DNA of 63,475 nucleotides, filler included, from Octopus bimaculoides (taxonomy: Eukaryota): the NCBI RefSeq assembly GCF_001194135.2. It is 4 parts of 3 records of this genome, joined end to end, with 100 filler letters (N's around TTAATTAATTAA, not from the genome) between each part and the next. Parts side by side here need not be neighbours in the genome. Positions count along the whole stretch, not along the records: positions 1 to 24,805 come from NC_068983.1; positions 24,906 to 55,606 come from NC_068995.1; 2 more parts are not named here. The stretch is one strand, 5' to 3'. The notes under the pieces are model-generated. The model had not been told where the DNA came from, searched no databases, and saw nothing but the letters and a program-made list of their open reading frames with translations. Of this stretch, positions 14,393-27,145 are shown piece by piece; positions within the stretch are counted from its first letter, which is position 1, and each line of letters starts with the position of its first letter. The position numbers and the translations under genes were made by a program.

Positions 14393-17300
14393 CTAGTTAT
14401 TAATAAAAAAAATGCTATCCAAATAGACATGTTTATAAATTGTATAAATGAGTACAAGTTACACAAACGAATGCCCAGGGAAAAAAGTTAGATATATGCA
14501 TGGAAAAATAGTGAATGCCGATGATAGAATTGAAAATATAATATTTCTGTATTATTCTCTATCTGCAGATGAGGCGAAATCAATGTAATGCCTCATACAA
14601 AAGACAGTTCTCTGGTTAATAGCTGTTCGTGTGTATCGTGTGTACCGCACACTCGTCACACATCTAGTTAATCTAAAATAATACGTCTACGATGACTGAT
14701 ATTTTAATTTAGTTTTTCTAATCTTTTAAATACCAGGATAACTGAATATTAAAATATGCCATTTATAGATTATTCCAGTATATTCTAAGTTTCATTTTCG
14801 TTAAGGACGTCCTGCATTATGAGAGTATTTCGACCAATGAAGAATATTTTTTTTTCTCTTTTTGAGAATCAGAAATGCTGATTAAAGTCCATGAAGTGAT
14901 GTGAGCGAAGATTTTATCTTTTGTCCAGTTTAACAACAATTTGGTCCTCGGGTGTTTTTAATGGTGCTGCATGCATTTGGCGAGGTTTACGCGCTGGGGG
15001 AAAAGTTACTCTCTTTCTTGCACGAGTCTTGTAAACACTTGGACGTGTCATAGCCAGACCACTGCTCTTCGTTCTCCAAATAAATTATAAAAAAGAACTC
15101 CACAACATTCACACCCTGACCTCTGTGTTCCCTCAATCGTAATTTCCGTTTTCCAATCCTCCCACACTTCTTCACCCTGTCGGCTTTGTTGACCTGAATG
15201 AATGGAAACAACGTAGAGTACAGAGGACCCTTTAGTTGTCAAGGACAAGACAACCGCCCTAATGCTGGGGTTGTGATAAAATACACCCAGTACACTATGT
15301 ACAGTGGTTGATGTTAGGACAGACATCCAATCATAGAAATCTTGCCTAAAATGGAATGTACAAGTGAGGTATCGCCCTCAATTTGCCTTGGAGTGTAGTC
15401 AGAATATCTTTAATCAAAGGCCTGCTCGATAGGGCATAACTTAGAACTAAATTTTGCTTTCCATTCTTTCCAGGCCGATAAAAATAAAATCCCGATCGAA
15501 GACGGTGTATTGGCTGAATTTATAGAACATGAGACCAAATGCCTTGTGTTATTTGATTCATTGTTTGGAAATCGATAAATTAAATACCAGTCTAAGGCAG
15601 ATGATTGAATTCGATATCTTGTAGTACTTGTTTGCATTCCGAATTTTTAGGTGGTAAAACTAATCCAGCGCTCGGTTTAATACCACCATCTGGTACTTGT
15701 GTACCTTTAGTAGAGTTTTCTCTGTTAAAAGTATTGCGTTTGAGGATAACTTTCTCCCTTCCTCACTCTGGCCCCGAAGGAAAAAATAAAGGCTCGTTGG
15801 TACTGCCTTTCCCCTCTCTGATTAAACGATAAAAAAATCGCTTGGGTTCCAGCTAGCAGCCAAGGGAATAAGAGCTTGTAGCTTGCCACATGTAAGACTA
15901 AAACCCGTATCTTTTGATGATTAGTTCACCTAACTCTAAGTAGTACCACTGTAAGCCATGAAAGTTCAATGCTTCATTAGTTTGCCATCCCGAATTCAAA
16001 TTCTAGAGAAAGGCTCTGTCTTGTTAACATCTCTTTACTACACTGCATTTTGTTGCTGTTTGGCTCCAGGTCATTTCCAATCTAACAGACCAATGATTAA
16101 AGGTGTTTGAGCACTGACAATTACATATTCCTAGACATTGCACGTATAACCACATCATCAAATGTGGCCTTCTTTTTTAAGACGTGTAATTTGAGGGAAT
16201 TTAAGACGTGTAATTTGAGAGAATTTCAAGCAGATTGTGTAACTGCGTAGAGCCTCGTTGGTTCACTAATCTGCATGAGTATATACTTAATAGATTATGG
16301 GATATACGACTTTTGAAGGACGTGATTGCATTCTGCAATTGATAGTATGAAGTTGTGGTGTCTATAGTAAATTCAGTTTGACCTGTTTGAGTAAAAAAAA
16401 AAAATAAAGAACTAGAAAAAAAGAGAATCTTCTCCAGTTGTTAATTTTTGTTTTCCTCTTTACATTCGTTATGACACGACGTTATCTCTCGCTTGAAATC
16501 TCATTGAATAGTTCGGAATCATTTGGAACTATGTTGCCGTCCCTACCGTTAGATGACACAGTTCTCGAGATCTTAGTTACATTTAAAATTTTTCTACTAT
16601 AACGATCCTCAGCAAAGTTTCTAGGCTGGTTTTCTGGTACGATGCCCACCTCCTATGTCTTCTATTTATAATACCGACATCTGTCAAGAGTTGAGCTAAC
16701 GAGGAACCTCTATACTATTGCTCGACCTCCCAGAAAAAGAAAGAGGACTCGTTGTAATCTCCGATATAAAAAGATGCGGGATGATCATGTCATGAATGCT
16801 TTTTTATTATAGGTCTGTTGATAAGGTTCTGCATGATATGAACCTGTTCAATCAGGAGTTAACAATAAAAAGCAACAACGAAGACAACGACAGCAACGGC
16901 AACAATAAGAATGAGGAACTGTTTGTGTGGTTTGCGCGGTGATTGTTTCTGTTATTATTAAGCCTGAATTATTGATTAACAAAGTGAATTTATCAAATTT
17001 AATGTTTTTTGATTTAACTGATAGCATTTTAATGTAATTGATATTAGCCATTAACGTGGCAGACTGGTAGAATCATTAGAGCATCGGTCAGAATGCCTCG
17101 CAATGCTTGTTTCCATTATGCGTTCTGCGTTCAAATCCCGTCGGTAAACTTTACTTTTCATCGTTTCGGGATCGATAAATAAAGTATCATTTTAAGACAG
17201 CGGAACTTTTGGAGTGACGACACTGGCACTAAGCTGCTTCCATTCCTGACTTTACCTCGGACAACACCAATAACTTATAAAAGGAAACATTGCATGCCTG

Positions 17301-18006
17301 GGATGCTACTTGTCTTCCATAAAAATAATAAAAAGAAACTTGCCACACAAAACGACTCCTTATGGTGCATATGAACGAATCACTTTTACGAGACAAACTA
17401 CCTCCCGTGTTTCTTCGTTTTGACATGGGCACTATCAAGAAGAGTATTAAATCAAGAGAAATAACTTTTTACAGGTATTCATCAGAATAGATGTAACTTT
17501 TGGAAAAGGCTGACTAAATCTGCAACATGGGAACCAAAGCAATTACAGCTGGACAGTTGCAGAGGGAAGAGTAAGCAAGATGTTTACTATGGTCCCGGAA
17601 GAGCTAAAAAATCATCATTAAAATGCTGAGAGAACTTGAAATATCCCACACTTTGAAAATTTGTTTGAGGAAAGATCATACACAGTATCATGAAGGATGT
17701 ATTCAATCCCTAAAACCCAGTTTTCAATTACTTTTTTCGCCGGTCATTGTCAAAGAAACTTCTTTAGCTAAACTGATGCAATGTGGTTAGTTAAAATTAC
17801 TTTTCAATAGTTAGCTGAATAAAGATGAATAATTGGGTAAGGATAATCAACCTAGAGGTTACTGGTTCGTTTTACTAGCACCGTTTTGTATCCGTGGTCG
17901 AAAAATTCGGTAAAATTCGCCTAATCTTCCTTAAATCACATTAGAGTTAAAAAGTGACATTAGTTAGCGATGTAATTGACTGTGCGGGTAAGTGTATGTG
18001 GTAAAT

Positions 18007-18053
<47 letters not shown>

Positions 18054-19167
18054 GAGAGAGAGAGGAAGGTTGAGGTCGGAACATAGATGGTATGGCCACA
18101 TTTGGATACCATTTGTCACAGGTCTGTTCGTCACCAACCCCTGGATAAACAAACACAATGGCNNNNNNNNNNACCAACCCCTGGATAAACAAACACAATG
18201 GCACTATAAACTTGGCACATTTGTTACTTTACAGGCGGTCTGAGTTCAATGACTGCGACAGGAAAAGTTCTCCGCAATACATTAGTATTCTTTTCTACTC
18301 TAGGCCCAAGGCCCGAAATTTCTGCCAGCTCGCAGCGTTTCGTCTGTCTTTACGTTCTGAGTTTAAATTCCACCGAGGTCGACTTCACCTTTCTGGGTCA
18401 ATAAAATAAGTACCAATTGTACACTGGGATCGATGTAATCGGCTTATCCTCTCCTGCCGAACTTGGTAATCTTGTGCCAAAATTTGAAACCAGTATTCAT
18501 CGACTCAGCAAAGGAAGGAATTAAACTGCAATCTTAGCCTATTATCGATGAAGGGGAATGTGAGTAGAACCCAAACAATAAAAGAATGATGATAATCTTA
18601 AATAACACGATGAAATAATTAGTTTCAAAATTGAATTAATTTGAACGAACTATATCATTGCACAGTATAGGCAGGTATTGAACCAGATAATAGGGAATTA
18701 TTTTTAAGGTTTTATTAATTTCGGTAACGAATTTAACAACAGCTGTGTCACCGAAATGAGATGTTTATCACCTGTCCAAGGAACTTTATAAATTAGAGAT
18801 CATTAGATTAACCATAATCGCTACTTTAATCTAATGACATGTTCACGAATGCAGGCTGATTTGAACCCAATTTGCGAATGTTTCAGTTTTTATGCTGTTT
18901 GGAATAAAATTGGCAATTTATTGGACTATTCTGTAATTGATTCTATCCAATCATTGACGCCCTCTCTACATTGTAACTTTATCTTAAGGATTTCTTACTA
19001 ACTGAACCGTAATGATTGGGTAAATGGTTAAACTAGTGATACAATCGATTTGCTGAAGGTCTTAAGACAGTCAATTATTGTTGTTTAACCCCGCAAATTA
19101 ACCCTAATCGAACAAACTTATGATCAAAGTTATTCTCATTGTCCCCAGCTTGTTCCTTACATAGTAT

Positions 19168-19556
19168 TGTTGTTGTTGTTGGCACTCCATCGCTTACGAC
19201 GTCGAGGGTTCCAGTTGATCCGATCAACGGAACAGCCTGCTCGTGAAATTAACGTGCAAGTGGCTGAGCACTCCACAGACACGTGTACCCTTAACGTAGT
19301 TCTCGGGGATATTCAGCGTGACACAGTGTGACAAGGCTGGCCCTTTGAATTACAGGCACAACAGAAACAGGAAGAAAGAGTGAGAGAAAGTTGTGGTGAA
19401 AGAGTACAGCAGGGTTCGTCACCATCCCCTGCCGGAGCCTCGTGGAGCTTTAGGTGTTTTCGCTCAATAAACACTCACAACGCCCGGTCTGGGAATCGAA
19501 ACTGCGATCCTATGACCGCGAGTCCGCTGCCCTAACCACTGGGCCATTGCGCCTCC
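19168..19556 (-). mobile_element. Full-length tRNA-Arg-derived SINE (family A, likely octopus OR-type)
   Basis: Head GGAGGCGCAATGGCCCAGTGG (A box), gacTCGcg anticodon loop, B-box-like tttcgattcc, (AAC)n tail. TSD ttacatagtat/ttacacagtat. Confidence 0.9.
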
Positions 19557-21685
19557 TTACACAGTATACCTAGGACTAAAAACACTTCCTGTTTTTAAGA
19601 AAGTGTGACATGATTTGTGGAAGATTTACCTGCTACTACTGGTAGGTCGAACAACTATATAGGAACTCACTCATTGGCTCCTAGAGATACTGAGTTTCTA
19701 TTGTAGGTAGGTGGTTTAGAAATGGGAAGGAAAGCAGGATACAAAATATGGTAAGATCCAGCTCTTCACGGAAACAGAGACTGGAATTGAAATAAAATAT
19801 AATAGAATGAAGGGCTTATGAAATTGGAATAAAATAAACAGTTTTTGGAATTTAAGAAGTTAAGACTATGAAGTGTTTCATTATTTTCTGAATCCTCGTG
19901 TAAAATAAGTCTTACCACAAATTCAATAACCGTTGTATTAAATTATATAACAGAAAAGTATTAAAAGCCACTTAACACTGGAAAGTTGAAGAAAAATAAA
20001 ACTTTTCAATATTTTGGCTTTCAGAAATCCTCAACTTGAGACATGTGAAATGAGAAGAAAATTGTAAACAACACTTAAGCCGTTACGATATGAACAGAGA
20101 CGCACGGCGTTGTATGAATGTGTGGGAAGTGATATTTAAATCATGCAAGAATCTCATGGTGATTGTCAATCTGTAGTTGCTGACATCTAATTAGAATTAC
20201 ATTTTTGAACATGTAACTTACCGATGTTGATATTGGAAGGATTTGATAGAAACTCCAACTTTTGCTTCCTGACATTATTAAATTCGAGCTAATCCTACTT
20301 TGGAATAATCTGAGTGTCTCCTTACTAAATAGAATCAAATTTCTTGTTATGGATATTCTGAAAATCTTTTTGTAATTATACTCTGTCTTCGCGGAACACT
20401 ATGATGCTTTAATCGTTTTGGTTCCCCAGACTTCATTCTGTTTTCTTTTAGATCTAGTCCCTCTTTTTTTTTCTTCTTAGGCTTCAGTCTTACCTTTTAC
20501 TGCTCAAAAAGAAAATCTGAGTGGGTTAGTCTAATATTATTGTGCATGCTGACGATATATTTATTCCTAATTTAGCTGTAAAACCTAAAGGGTGGTTAGT
20601 GTTTATAACTAACTCGCGACAGAATACTGGACACCATGGATCATGTACTGGTTTTGCATCTTGTTGTTCAGAGCAGAAAGCTAAAATGTCAGTGTACAAT
20701 TATTGTTGCTGTTGTTACTGATACAGCTGATATTGCAGCTATTTTTGTTGTTGCAGAGTCTGTTAGTGCTGTCGCTGATGTTACAATGTCACGGTTATCA
20801 TTGGTCTTCTGTTGCATTTGGCTTTATTTTACGTTTGGACAAAGAACTTTAAAGTGGCTGAAACCACCATAAATTAAACATTTTGGCTTTCAACTTTGAA
20901 TAATAAGATACAGAACTTTGAACTGATTCTAGTCCAGTCAACAAGGAAGCCACAACGTGGTCGCTCGATCAGCGAGAAATAGTAAATCACACCTTGCTGC
21001 CTTAAAAAGGAAACACTGAATAATGAAGGAATAATGTAGTCCAGATATGCTATGTCCGAGATAAAGACAAGATGCACACAGCTGGAGCACCTTCGATCGT
21101 AGGTTTGCTCAGTCAGATTGGTCTGAGAGCTATAACCAATATTAACAATCTGGTACTAAATGTTTTCAACACTCCATTTTTCAGCTCTAATTTTCTCAAA
21201 TTTATATGTAACACTTGATATAGACCGATAACAATTATCTCTATGTAAACATGGTCTAAAGAGTTGAATTAAAAAGTGTCGGTTTATCTTGATCTTAACA
21301 TAGTTTCGTACCTTTCCTAAAGAGGTAAAAGTCTCTTTGGTTTTACTGAAACACAAGATGATAAAATCAAGTGAACTCAAGGACTACTGAAAAATACCCA
21401 AGGTTATCCATAAGCATTAAAATCAATTAGTGTTGTTGGTGCTAACATTGTTAATGTAAAGAGTCAATAAATTTTAATCAATTAAAATTACATTCGTGGC
21501 AAGAAGATTATTAGCTTTATTATCAATTCTGGCCAAGAAAGGCAGAGGAGGCATCTCCCAAATTTTAACTAATTAAAATTAAGTGAACACAACATGCTAA
21601 TATAAACATTCTGAACATTTCAAAAGTTATCGTTGTTACGAAAAAGAAATCAAAAAAATATTCCTTCCAGTAAATTCATTAATAA

Positions 21686-21964
21686 CTTTCTATTTTTCTC
21701 TGCATCGCATTTAAATGCTGGTACAGGAGCTTGGGGATATTCAAACAAATCAGTATTAAACCGCTCCGAATAAATGCACAAAAATATCATTAGGACAGTT
21801 ATACAAAAATATAATAGACACACTGTATGTGTCTATTATATTTTTGTATAACTGTCCTAATGATATTTTTGTACATTTATTCGGAGTTGTTTAATACTGA
21901 CTTGTTTGGATATTCCCAAGCTCCTGTACCAGCATTTAAATGCGATGCAGAGAAAAATAGAAAG
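21686..21964. repeat. Near-perfect palindrome, 137-bp arms, 5-nt loop
   Basis: Arms 21686-21822 and 21828-21964, about 6 mismatches, loop ctgta. Confidence 0.9.
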
Positions 21965-21967
21965 ATT

Positions 21968-22619
21968 TTACATGTTTCAGTCATTGGATTGTGGCCATGC
22001 TGGGGCACCGCTTTGAAGAATTTTAGTCGAACAAATCGACCCCAGTACTTATAATTTTTTTAATAAAGCCTTGTACTTATTCTATTGTTACTGTTGCCGA
22101 AGCGCTAAGTTACGGGTACGTAAACACACCAACAACAGTTGTCAAGTGATGGTGGGGGACTAACATACACACAACGGCACCCTCCACACAACGACACCCT
22201 CCACACATACATATCGTTGCTATTATGTTAACCTATCGGATGTCAAAATTTGGCCAAATGCGTTTTTTTTCAATATTTAATTTTTCTTGCAGTAGCCGGT
22301 TCTTTTGGTCAAACTATCGTATCTCTACCTACTTCAGATGAAAATTGTCAAAGAGATTAATGTAAAAAGAAATAGAATAGTGAAACTATCTTTTCGTTTT
22401 CTGAAAAAGCAACGTTTTGGACTTACGACACTTTTGCATAATAGCAACGACATATAAAACGACGGACTTCTTTCATTTTCAGTCTACCAAATCTACTCAC
22501 AAGGCTTTAGTCGGCCCGAGGCTATAGTAGAAGACACTGTCCAAAGTGCCACGCAGAGAGACTGAACCTGGGACCATGTAGTTTGGAAGCAAACTTACCA
22601 CACAGACACTCTTGCGCCT
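21968..22619 (-). mobile_element. Family C SINE with an internal insertion
   Basis: Tail at 21968-22175 and head at about 22460-22619 in the same orientation. Confidence 0.75.
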
Positions 22620-23134
22620 ATTGATGAAAGAGTAAGACGTTTTAAGTATAAGAACATTCATTTAAATTCAATACCTCCTTATTTGTATTTGACTTTGTAG
22701 ATTATGAATTAGCAAAATATTTTGATAAAATCATAATTCAGTTGTAGATTACTACACCACTAAAGAAGTAGAAATATGTTATATGTTTCAACCCCAACAC
22801 GTACAATGTCTTATGCACGTACAAGAATACATACATACACACATACATATGTACATTCACACACACAGACACGCGCGAGGACTAAAGATGGACAAGCATA
22901 TACATCATCATATCATTTATAACATTTACAAAAAAATGTTATATGAACGCAACCATAAATGTAACTACTGTTTCAAAAATTCAGTGACTGGTTGATGCAA
23001 TAATGTGTATTACGCAAACGAGTACGCATACTGATGCAATAATACATATGAAACAAGTAGAAATTATTATAAACACATAAATGTGAAATCTCAATATATC
23101 CATGCCAGAAGCTCAGAAGCACCAAATTCTTTCC

Positions 23135-23480
23135 TCAGAAGTGGCAAGAATGCGATTCTTCTAGAAGTAGATGGATATTTAAGAACATGGAAACATCAAT
23201 GAAAAGACGGAGGAATGAAATAGGGGAGGTTAGCGACGGTAAGGAAGAAATAGTGATATTAAGAAAGGTTGCGAAAAGTAGAACGATAAAATGCAAAAAA
23301 GAGAGACGGATTGTTATATATGTGCATATGTAGTGTATGGAAGAAGGGGAAAATGTAGCAGAGACGGGAGCAAACAATGAATCCAGATTGAGTGGGATGA
23401 GAGCACTGCGGTCGTCTGAAGGAAAGGCGAGGTCGTTCAAGAAAGATGCAGGAAATAGGATCAGCCTGGAGGAGACGAGT
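23135..23480 (-). mobile_element. Possible Penelope-like RT remnant
   Basis: FPSDDRSALIPLNLDSLFAPV loosely matches the PLE RT motif P....LVTLDVxSLYTxIP; weak. Confidence 0.25.
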
Positions 23481-23876
23481 AGGATAGTGTATTGGAGTTA
23501 CACTGACCTACGGTAGTGTATCACTACTACACTAACCTAGGCATAAAGAGATGGATGGAGGCAGTCAACTCGTGCAATGTAACTTGGTACGACATGACTT
23601 CGATATATTCTGTATTAAATGTTATATTCAGACATTTTTAAAAATTAAAATTAAAAATTATTTCTGTCGACAGGGAATTTTGTAGTTTAAACAAAGAACG
23701 TTGCCTTTATGATAGAATTTGGACTGGTAGTAGATTTGGTACCTTGGAACCGTAAATCATTTAGACAGGTTCGATATTCTCAGCATGGAATCAGATAATA
23801 ATGGTTTCTTTATATTGGCGCAATCAGCTTCCAGCGTATTACTGGTAATTTTTGTTTTCATCGACACCCAGTCATT

Positions 23877-23907
<31 letters not shown>

Positions 23908-23952
23908 GTGCTGTTCATGAAATGTTTCCTTCTCTAGACTTTTCCGTTTTCC

Positions 23953-23985
23953 TTTCTGACGAAGAGCTATGCTCGAAACGTTAGA
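23953..23985 (+). ncRNA. Minimal hammerhead variant, second copy
   Basis: TTT-CTGACGA-A-GAGC-tat-GCTC-GAAA-CGT-T-AGA; stem I is only 3 bp with a G-U pair. Confidence 0.45.
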
Positions 23986-24110
23986 AACCTACCCTCCTTT
24001 CCAACTTTCCTGAGCGTTAAATTCACTCATTCCATGTGTAAGTCCTCTTGCTTTATTATTGCTATTTTTAATGTTCGATTGTTTGTTCAAGATTTAATAT
24101 TCGAGTTTAC

Positions 24111-24143
<33 letters not shown>

Positions 24144-24177
24144 ACATATATNNNNNNNNNNAAGACTTCTTTGTATA

Positions 24178-24666
24178 GACTTCTTACATGCTAAAAAGGT
24201 CTGTTAAACTCAAACCACAAAAAATAATTCTAAAGGCACGTCGATAAAACACCTGAATGAAAGGAATTATTATTTTTTAGTTAATCCCATACTTGAATTT
24301 CTCTATTAGTGAACAAATAAATTAATTCGTCATCCGTAGTTCATCAGTGGGATCGCTAAAACAATGCATAATTATGTAGCTTAATACGTACCGAGAAAAT
24401 TGATTTGAATCTATAATGTTATAAGGATGCAGCTCGCATGTATTTTTTCGGTACGTATTAAGCTACATAATTATGCTTTGTTTTAGCGACCCCGCTGATG
24501 AACTACGGATGACAAATTAATTTATTTGCTCCTTAATAGAGAAACTCAAGTATGGGATTAACTAAAAATAATAATTCTTTTCATTCTAGTGCTTTATCGA
24601 CGTGCCTTTAGAATTATTTTTTTCCCTAGTTTGGGTTTAACTGCCCATTTTAGCATGTAAGAAGTC
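24178..24666. repeat. Fold-back element, ~223-bp arms, ~41-nt loop
   Basis: gacttcttacatgctaaaa...ccgagaaaat versus attttttcgg...ttttagcatgtaagaagtc; arms moderately diverged. Confidence 0.85.
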
Positions 24667-24805
24667 CTGCCATGGGTCTTCTCTTTGTGTATATATCTTT
24701 ATACACTCTTATATATGAAAATATGTTGTCTTATGACCTTTATTACGCGTGCGAACCACTGGTAATTAATTATTCTAATTTTTTTACCCTTATGATTTAC
24801 ACAGT

Positions 24806-24905
24806 NNNNNNNNNNNNNNNNNNNNNNNNNNNNNNNNNNNNNNNNNNNNTTAATTAATTAANNNNNNNNNNNNNNNNNNNNNNNNNNNNNNNNNNNNNNN
24901 NNNNN
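24806..24905. other. Scaffolding join: N44-TTAATTAATTAA-N44 (same at 55607-55706 and 60220-60319)
   Basis: An identical 12-mer is centred in three gaps of exactly 100 bp, so it is an artificial linker. Confidence 0.95.
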
Positions 24906-25849
24906 TATATATATATATATATATATATTTATATGCTTGTGTGTGTGTGTCTTTGTCTTTGTCACCCCCTGCCACTGCTTACCAACCGGTATTGCTTTGT
25001 TTACGCCCCCGTAACCTAGCGGTTCGACAAAAGGGTCCAATAGAATAAGTGCCGGCAGTGATTTGAACTCATCATCAATAAATCCCATTATTTATGCGAT
25101 ATGAAACTGTAAAATAGTTCAGACACGTACAGTGTTTGGCTGTGTGGTTAAGAAGCTTGCTTTTGCAGCTTCGGGATTTCGGGTTCAGTTCCTCTGTGTG
25201 GCACTTTAAGCAAGTACCTTCTACTATAGCCTCAGTCCGACTAATGCTTTGTGGGTGAGGGGAGACTTTATATTGTGCGTTACTAGTTCCGCAGCAGAGT
25301 TTGGTGTTAGAACGCAAAGAGCTAAAAATAAACTTCTACAAGACACCTTTCTTCCCTACCCACTAACACTTTCACCAGCTCTGACTGGAAGAACTTTTTT
25401 TTTATCGATCCGAAAAACTAAAAAGCAAAACTTACGTCAGCGGAATTGGAACTCAGAACGCAGACAATCAGAAAAAGTACCGAGAAACATTATACTCATC
25501 GCTCTCACGACTTCTCACGACTTCTCACGACTCTTTCTATGATATTTACTGATGGCAAATATTATGTAAAGTAGAGTGAATACAGATCATGTTGCTCCCA
25601 CTAAGATCAGTTACCAAGGTAATTGATCTTTGCTTCACTTGAGAACACAATCAGTGAATAACATGTTATCTTTTATTCTGTGTGAGTTAACCGGTGAAAG
25701 TTGTTAGTATACATTAGATCCTTAATCAGTGAATTGTAAAAAAAAAAAAGGGGTTAGTTTTTAAAAACTTTATTTACATGTGTTAAAAAGATTTACTGAA
25801 CTTCCCAACCGAGTGAAAGTACTTTAATATCGTCGCTTTTAGAAACAAT

Positions 25850-26290
25850 TTAGGAGGTCACAACCAACTAAGGTCACAATGACCCTACTGTTACCTTCAC
25901 CAGAGCTCTCTTCTACGCTGATGAGAATGTCATTTCACTTTTCTCTAACGTTCGGGGCATTGGCATCACCTGCATGCAACGTAGACGCAACCTCACGTCA
26001 AACCTATTGTAACACCATGAACAAAAACATCAAAAACATTCTCCAATGTGAATGGAGGGCGTCGGTCTTGTCTCCTGCATAACAAACACACAATTACTGC
26101 ACATGTCTAGGGTGCTATCTTCCACAGCCACCTTCTGTAGTCTTGGAGAACACGGAACAAAACCCATTCGAAGTCGTTGCAATCATTGATGATTTCAGTT
26201 CGTGGTTTCAAATTCATAATATAGAAAATAACCTGGCTCTGAAGCCTTGATGCCGAATTTGTCAGGCATAGGAGTTACAAAATTAAAAGA
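25850..26290 (-). mobile_element. Possible piggyBac transposase remnant
   Basis: MPDKFGIKASEPGYFLYYEFE resembles KPxKFGIK...GYxxxFExY. The downstream CSNC...IHIGECF.VF.H resembles the piggyBac C-terminal Cys-rich domain. Heavily deleted; no clear TIR. Confidence 0.4.
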
Positions 26291-26861
26291 AGTCAATAAA
26301 AAAGTTAAATGCAAAACTATATTTTTAACATTAACTTTATAGATATAGATATCTCTGTATAATAATACGTAATATAAATGTTGATTGGTTGGTTAACTCT
26401 TCAATCACGCTTTACATCGTATAAAGAAAAAGAGGGGGGTAAAACAGATATACAAAGAGAAAGAGGGGGTTTAACATAAAAAATGCAGCATGGGTGCTTG
26501 TACAGCGCTTAGTGGCAGGCAACGAGTAAAGGAAGGCTACATACATAGAAAATAGAATCATAGAGACAGAAGCAGAAGAGTTGAGGGAGAAAATGATAGA
26601 GCAGTTATAGAAGTTATAAAATGAGAAATTTATTTCATTTCATTTTATGTTAAGATGAGAAATATTTTCATTTTAAATTGAATATTCATTCCATCATTTT
26701 GTATAAGCACCAAAATATTTGATTAAAAGTTGAATTATTATTGTATGTAAGTATACTTCCAAAGTTCTCTGTGATATGAAGGGTAACACTAGTTACAAAT
26801 ACTTTTCGAAATATTTTCTAAATGAGTATAACATAGGTTTTTAAATTATTGCTGTGTTATT

Positions 26862-27145
26862 GTTTGTTCCCTTTCCGGCCATGCCTGGCTCATAAGGGCC
26901 GGTTTCCCGATTTCATTGGCGTATAGATTCCCTACCGGTCCGTCGCAGGTGAGCTGCTAGATGCAGGAGGAAAGAGTGAGAGAAAGTTGTGGCGAAAGAG
27001 TCAGCAGTTCGCCATTACCTTCTACTGGAGCCGCGTGGAGCTTAGGTGTTTCGCTCATAAACACACACATCGCCCGGTCTAAGATTCGAACCCACGAGCC
27101 CTCGATCACGAGGTTCGCTGTTCTAATCACTAGGCCATATGCTTC
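26862..27145 (-). mobile_element. Diverged family A relative with a different 3' tail
   Basis: Shares the head and the ctccacg/ctttcgccacaactttctctcactctt body, but the downstream tail is unrelated to the family A tail. Confidence 0.6.

Noticed and set aside
13680-14491. HT/YI/CV-repeat ORFs (many across the window)
   Set aside because: Translations of dinucleotide and tetranucleotide microsatellites; no splice or homology support.
20170-20310. Minus-strand consensus donor GTAAGT at about 20216-20221
   Set aside because: No convincing acceptor or recognisable peptide; expected by chance in 63 kb.
24850-24861. TTAATTAATTAA islands in gaps (also 55651-55662 and 60264-60275)
   Set aside because: Identical and centred in gaps of exactly 100 bp: an artificial scaffolding linker. 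Adjacency across these joins is inferred, not sequenced.
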